DNA of 61,593 nt, counting the filler, from Anaerolineae bacterium (lineage in GTDB: Bacteria > Chloroflexota > Anaerolineae > Epilineales > Epilineaceae), in assembly GCA_029262755.1 (NCBI GenBank). It is 5 parts of 5 records of this genome, joined end to end, with 100 filler letters (N's around TTAATTAATTAA, not from the genome) between each part and the next. Parts side by side here need not be neighbours in the genome. Positions count along the whole stretch, not along the records: positions 58,618 to 61,593 come from JAJCYU010000167.1; 4 more parts are not named here. The stretch is one strand, 5' to 3'. The notes beneath the pieces were generated by a model. It searched no databases, had not been told where the DNA came from, and saw nothing but the letters and a program-made list of their open reading frames with translations. Position numbers and translations under genes: made by a program. Below are positions 59,151-61,593 of the stretch, piece after piece (position 1 is the first letter of the stretch; each line of letters opens with the position of its first letter).

Positions 59151-61454
59151 ATGGCGGCCACCACCCCGGAGATCCCCATGGGCCTGCAAGAAGAGGCACT
59201 GCGTTACCACGAGCGCGGTCGTCCCGGCAAGATCGAGGTTACGCCGACGAAGCCGCTCCTGACGCAGCGCGACCTCGCGCTGGCCTATTCACCCGGTGTC
59301 GCGGCGCCCGTGCTTGCCATCGCGGACGATCCCGACGCGGTCTTCAAGTACACGGCCAAGGGCAATTTGGTGGCCGTGTTGTCCAACGGCTCGGCCATCC
59401 TTGGTCTTGGCGATCGCGGCGCTCTTGCCAGCAAGCCGGTCATGGAAGGCAAGGCGGTGCTCTTCAAGCGCTTTGCGGACGTGGACGTGTTCGACATCGA
59501 GGTCGACACCTCCGATCCCGAGGAACTCGTGCGCATCGGGCAGCTCATCGCGCCGACCTTCGGCGGCATCAACCTCGAGGACATCAAGGCGCCCGAGTGC
59601 TTTTATGTCGAGCGAGAGCTGGAACGCACCACCAACATCCCCATCTTTCATGACGACCAGCACGGCACAGCCATCATCTCCGGCGCCGCGCTGATCAACG
59701 CGCTGGAGTTGGTCGAGAAATCGATCGGCGAGCTGACCGTGGTGATCAACGGCGCCGGTGCGGCCGGCATTGCCTGCGCCGAGTTCTACGTTTCGCTCGG
59801 CGCCAGGCGCGAGGGGATCCTGCTGTGCGACAGCCGCGGGGTGATCTGGGACGGGCGCGAGGACGGGATGAACGAGTACAAGGCCCGCTTCGCGAACGAC
59901 ACCCCCAAGCGCACGCTGGCCGATGCGCTCGTGGGCGCGGACGTCTTCGTCGGCGTGTCCGTGGCCGACAGCGTCACACCGGATATGCTGCGCAGCATGG
60001 CGCGCGACCCGATCGTGTTCGCGCTGGCCAACCCGGACCCCGAGATCCCCTACGACCTCGCGGTCGAGACGCGCTCGGACGTGATCATGGCCACCGGGCG
60101 CAGCGATTTCCCGAACCAGGTCAACAACGTGCTCGGCTTCCCCTTCATCTTCCGCGGCGCGCTCGACGTGCACGCCACAAACGTGAACGCCGAAATGAAG
60201 ATCGCGGCGGCGCGCGCGCTGGCCGAGCTCACCCGGCAGGACGTGCCCGACAGCGTCCTGAAGGCCTACGGCCTCGACAGCCTGCGCTTCGGGCGGGAAT
60301 ACATCATCCCCAAGCCCCTGGACCCGCGCGTCCTGACCGAGGTCGCCCCCGCCGTGGCACGCGCCGCCATGGAGTCCGGCGTCGCGCGACGCACGCTCGA
60401 CCTCGACCAGTACGCCGAGAGCCTGCACGCACGCCAGGGCTTCGGGATCTCGATCATGCGCAGCGTCATGCGTCGCGCGCGGCGCGATCCGCGCCGCGTC
60501 GTCTTCGCGGAGGGCGAGGAGCCGCGCATCATCCGCGCGGCGTACACGCTCCTCGAGCGCGGCATCGCCGAGCCGATCCTCCTGGGGCGGCCAAAGGTGA
60601 TCGCCAAGCAGATTGCGGAGCTCCAACTCGACTACGAGCCTACCGTCGTGGACCCGCAGAACTCCGCCTCGCTCGACCCCTACGCCGAGAGCCTGTACCA
60701 GCGACGCAAGCGCAAGGGCGTAACGTGGGCGCGTGCGCGTGAGCTGGCCGAGGAGCCCAATTACTTCGGGCCGCTCATGGTGGAAAACGGCGACGCCGAT
60801 GCCGTGCTTTCCGGCCTGACCTTCAACTACCCCGACGTGCTGCGTCCTGCGCTGCAGGTCATCGGCACGGCCGAGGGCGTATCCACCGTCAGCGGCGTGT
60901 ACCTCATGGTCGTGCGCAACCGCGCCTACTTCTTCAGCGACGCCACGGTCAACATCGAGCCGACGGCGGAGGATCTGGCCGAGATCGCGCTCAACGCGGC
61001 CACGGTAGCGCGCACCTTCAACATCGAGCCCCGCGTGGCGATGATCTCCTACTCGAACTTCGGCAGCACCCGCACCAAAGAGAGCGCCAAGGTGCGCCGC
61101 GCCGTCGAGATCGTGCGCGAGCGCGATCCGGAGCTGCTCATCGACGGCGAGATGCAGGCCGACACCGCCGTGGTGCCCGAGCTGGTGGAACGCCACTTCC
61201 GCTTCAGCCGCGTCAAGGGCGCCAACGTCCTCGTCTTCCCCAACCTCGACGCGGCCAACGCCGCCTACAAGCTGCTCGCCCGCCTGGGCGGCGCCGAGGC
61301 CGTGGGACCGATCCTGCACGGCATGGCGCGCCCGGTGCACGTCATCCCGACCGGCGCCGAGGTCCGCGACATCGTGAACATGGGCGCGCTGGCCGTCCTC
61401 GACGCCCAACGCATTTCCGCGGAGGTGCAGCCGCGGCTGCTCGCGGACGAGTAG
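59151..61454 (+). CDS. maeB: NADP-dependent malic enzyme with phosphotransacetylase-like domain
   Basis: [38 protein letters not shown]-terminal VFAEGEE, DGEMQAD. Confidence 0.97.
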   Translation: MAATTPEIPMGLQEEALRYHERGRPGKIEVTPTKPLLTQRDLALAYSPGVAAPVLAIADDPDAVFKYTAKGNLVAVLSNGSAILGLGDRGALASKPVMEGKAVLFKRFADVDVFDIEVDTSDPEELVRIGQLIAPTFGGINLEDIKAPECFYVERELERTTNIPIFHDDQHGTAIISGAALINALELVEKSIGELTVVINGAGAAGIACAEFYVSLGARREGILLCDSRGVIWDGREDGMNEYKARFANDTPKRTLADALVGADVFVGVSVADSVTPDMLRSMARDPIVFALANPDPEIPYDLAVETRSDVIMATGRSDFPNQVNNVLGFPFIFRGALDVHATNVNAEMKIAAARALAELTRQDVPDSVLKAYGLDSLRFGREYIIPKPLDPRVLTEVAPAVARAAMESGVARRTLDLDQYAESLHARQGFGISIMRSVMRRARRDPRRVVFAEGEEPRIIRAAYTLLERGIAEPILLGRPKVIAKQIAELQLDYEPTVVDPQNSASLDPYAESLYQRRKRKGVTWARARELAEEPNYFGPLMVENGDADAVLSGLTFNYPDVLRPALQVIGTAEGVSTVSGVYLMVVRNRAYFFSDATVNIEPTAEDLAEIALNAATVARTFNIEPRVAMISYSNFGSTRTKESAKVRRAVEIVRERDPELLIDGEMQADTAVVPELVERHFRFSRVKGANVLVFPNLDAANAAYKLLARLGGAEAVGPILHGMARPVHVIPTGAEVRDIVNMGALAVLDAQRISAEVQPRLLADE

Positions 61455-61557
61455 CGCCGCCCGGGACGGCTGCGTTCGGTTGAGAAGAGCGCCAACGGGA
61501 GGGCCGCCCGTCCCCCGGGGCGCGGCCCGGCCGTCTCGAAGCCAGGAGGGACCAACC

Positions 61558-61593
61558 ATGACCGCACATCGACGCTACGCCCGGAGTCACGCC
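61558..61593 (+). CDS. Start of an unidentified gene (runs off window)
   Basis: AGGAGG RBS followed by ATG 61558. Confidence 0.5.
   Translation, partial: MTAHRRYARSHA

Noticed and set aside
59289..61559. Long antisense or alternative-frame ORFs (e.g. 59289..61559 -, 29240..31015 +, 2483..4021 +)
   Set aside because: Shadow ORFs of genuine high-GC genes, with no family motifs.

Overview
High-GC bacterial DNA, most likely a Chloroflexota (Anaerolineae-like) draft genome or MAG; the taxonomy is inferred from protein style. Five contig pieces are joined by artificial 100-bp spacers (N44-TTAATTAATTAA-N44), so adjacency across spacers is not meaningful. About 1-27 kb is cell-surface material: two secreted beta-propeller paralogues, an array of LVIVD-type proteins and four GT-C-like membrane glycosyltransferases. 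The rest is mostly housekeeping: a YprB/MrfB-like exonuclease, Tat-exported DUF1800/DUF1501, an RpoD-type sigma factor, ruvA, ferredoxin, an OmpR-type regulator, GT2, PGI/PMI, rsmI, a sulfurtransferase, TldD/TldE, Atl, partial gcvP and maeB. Highlights: (1) a DUF3179 lipoprotein split by an in-frame UGA in a U-P-L-C motif with a SECIS-like hairpin, i.e. a probable exported selenoprotein; (2) a [VILS]-[YWF]-L-P peptide tag on nine exported proteins at C-terminal, internal and N-terminal positions, near Pro/Thr linkers and GT-C enzymes, a candidate surface docking/glycosylation system; (3) a ~160-bp palindromic element family with two intergenic TTA-flanked copies and a diverged copy lying in-frame in an ORF, resembling Rickettsia palindromic elements. 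No CRISPR array, tRNA, rRNA or transposase was recognised.
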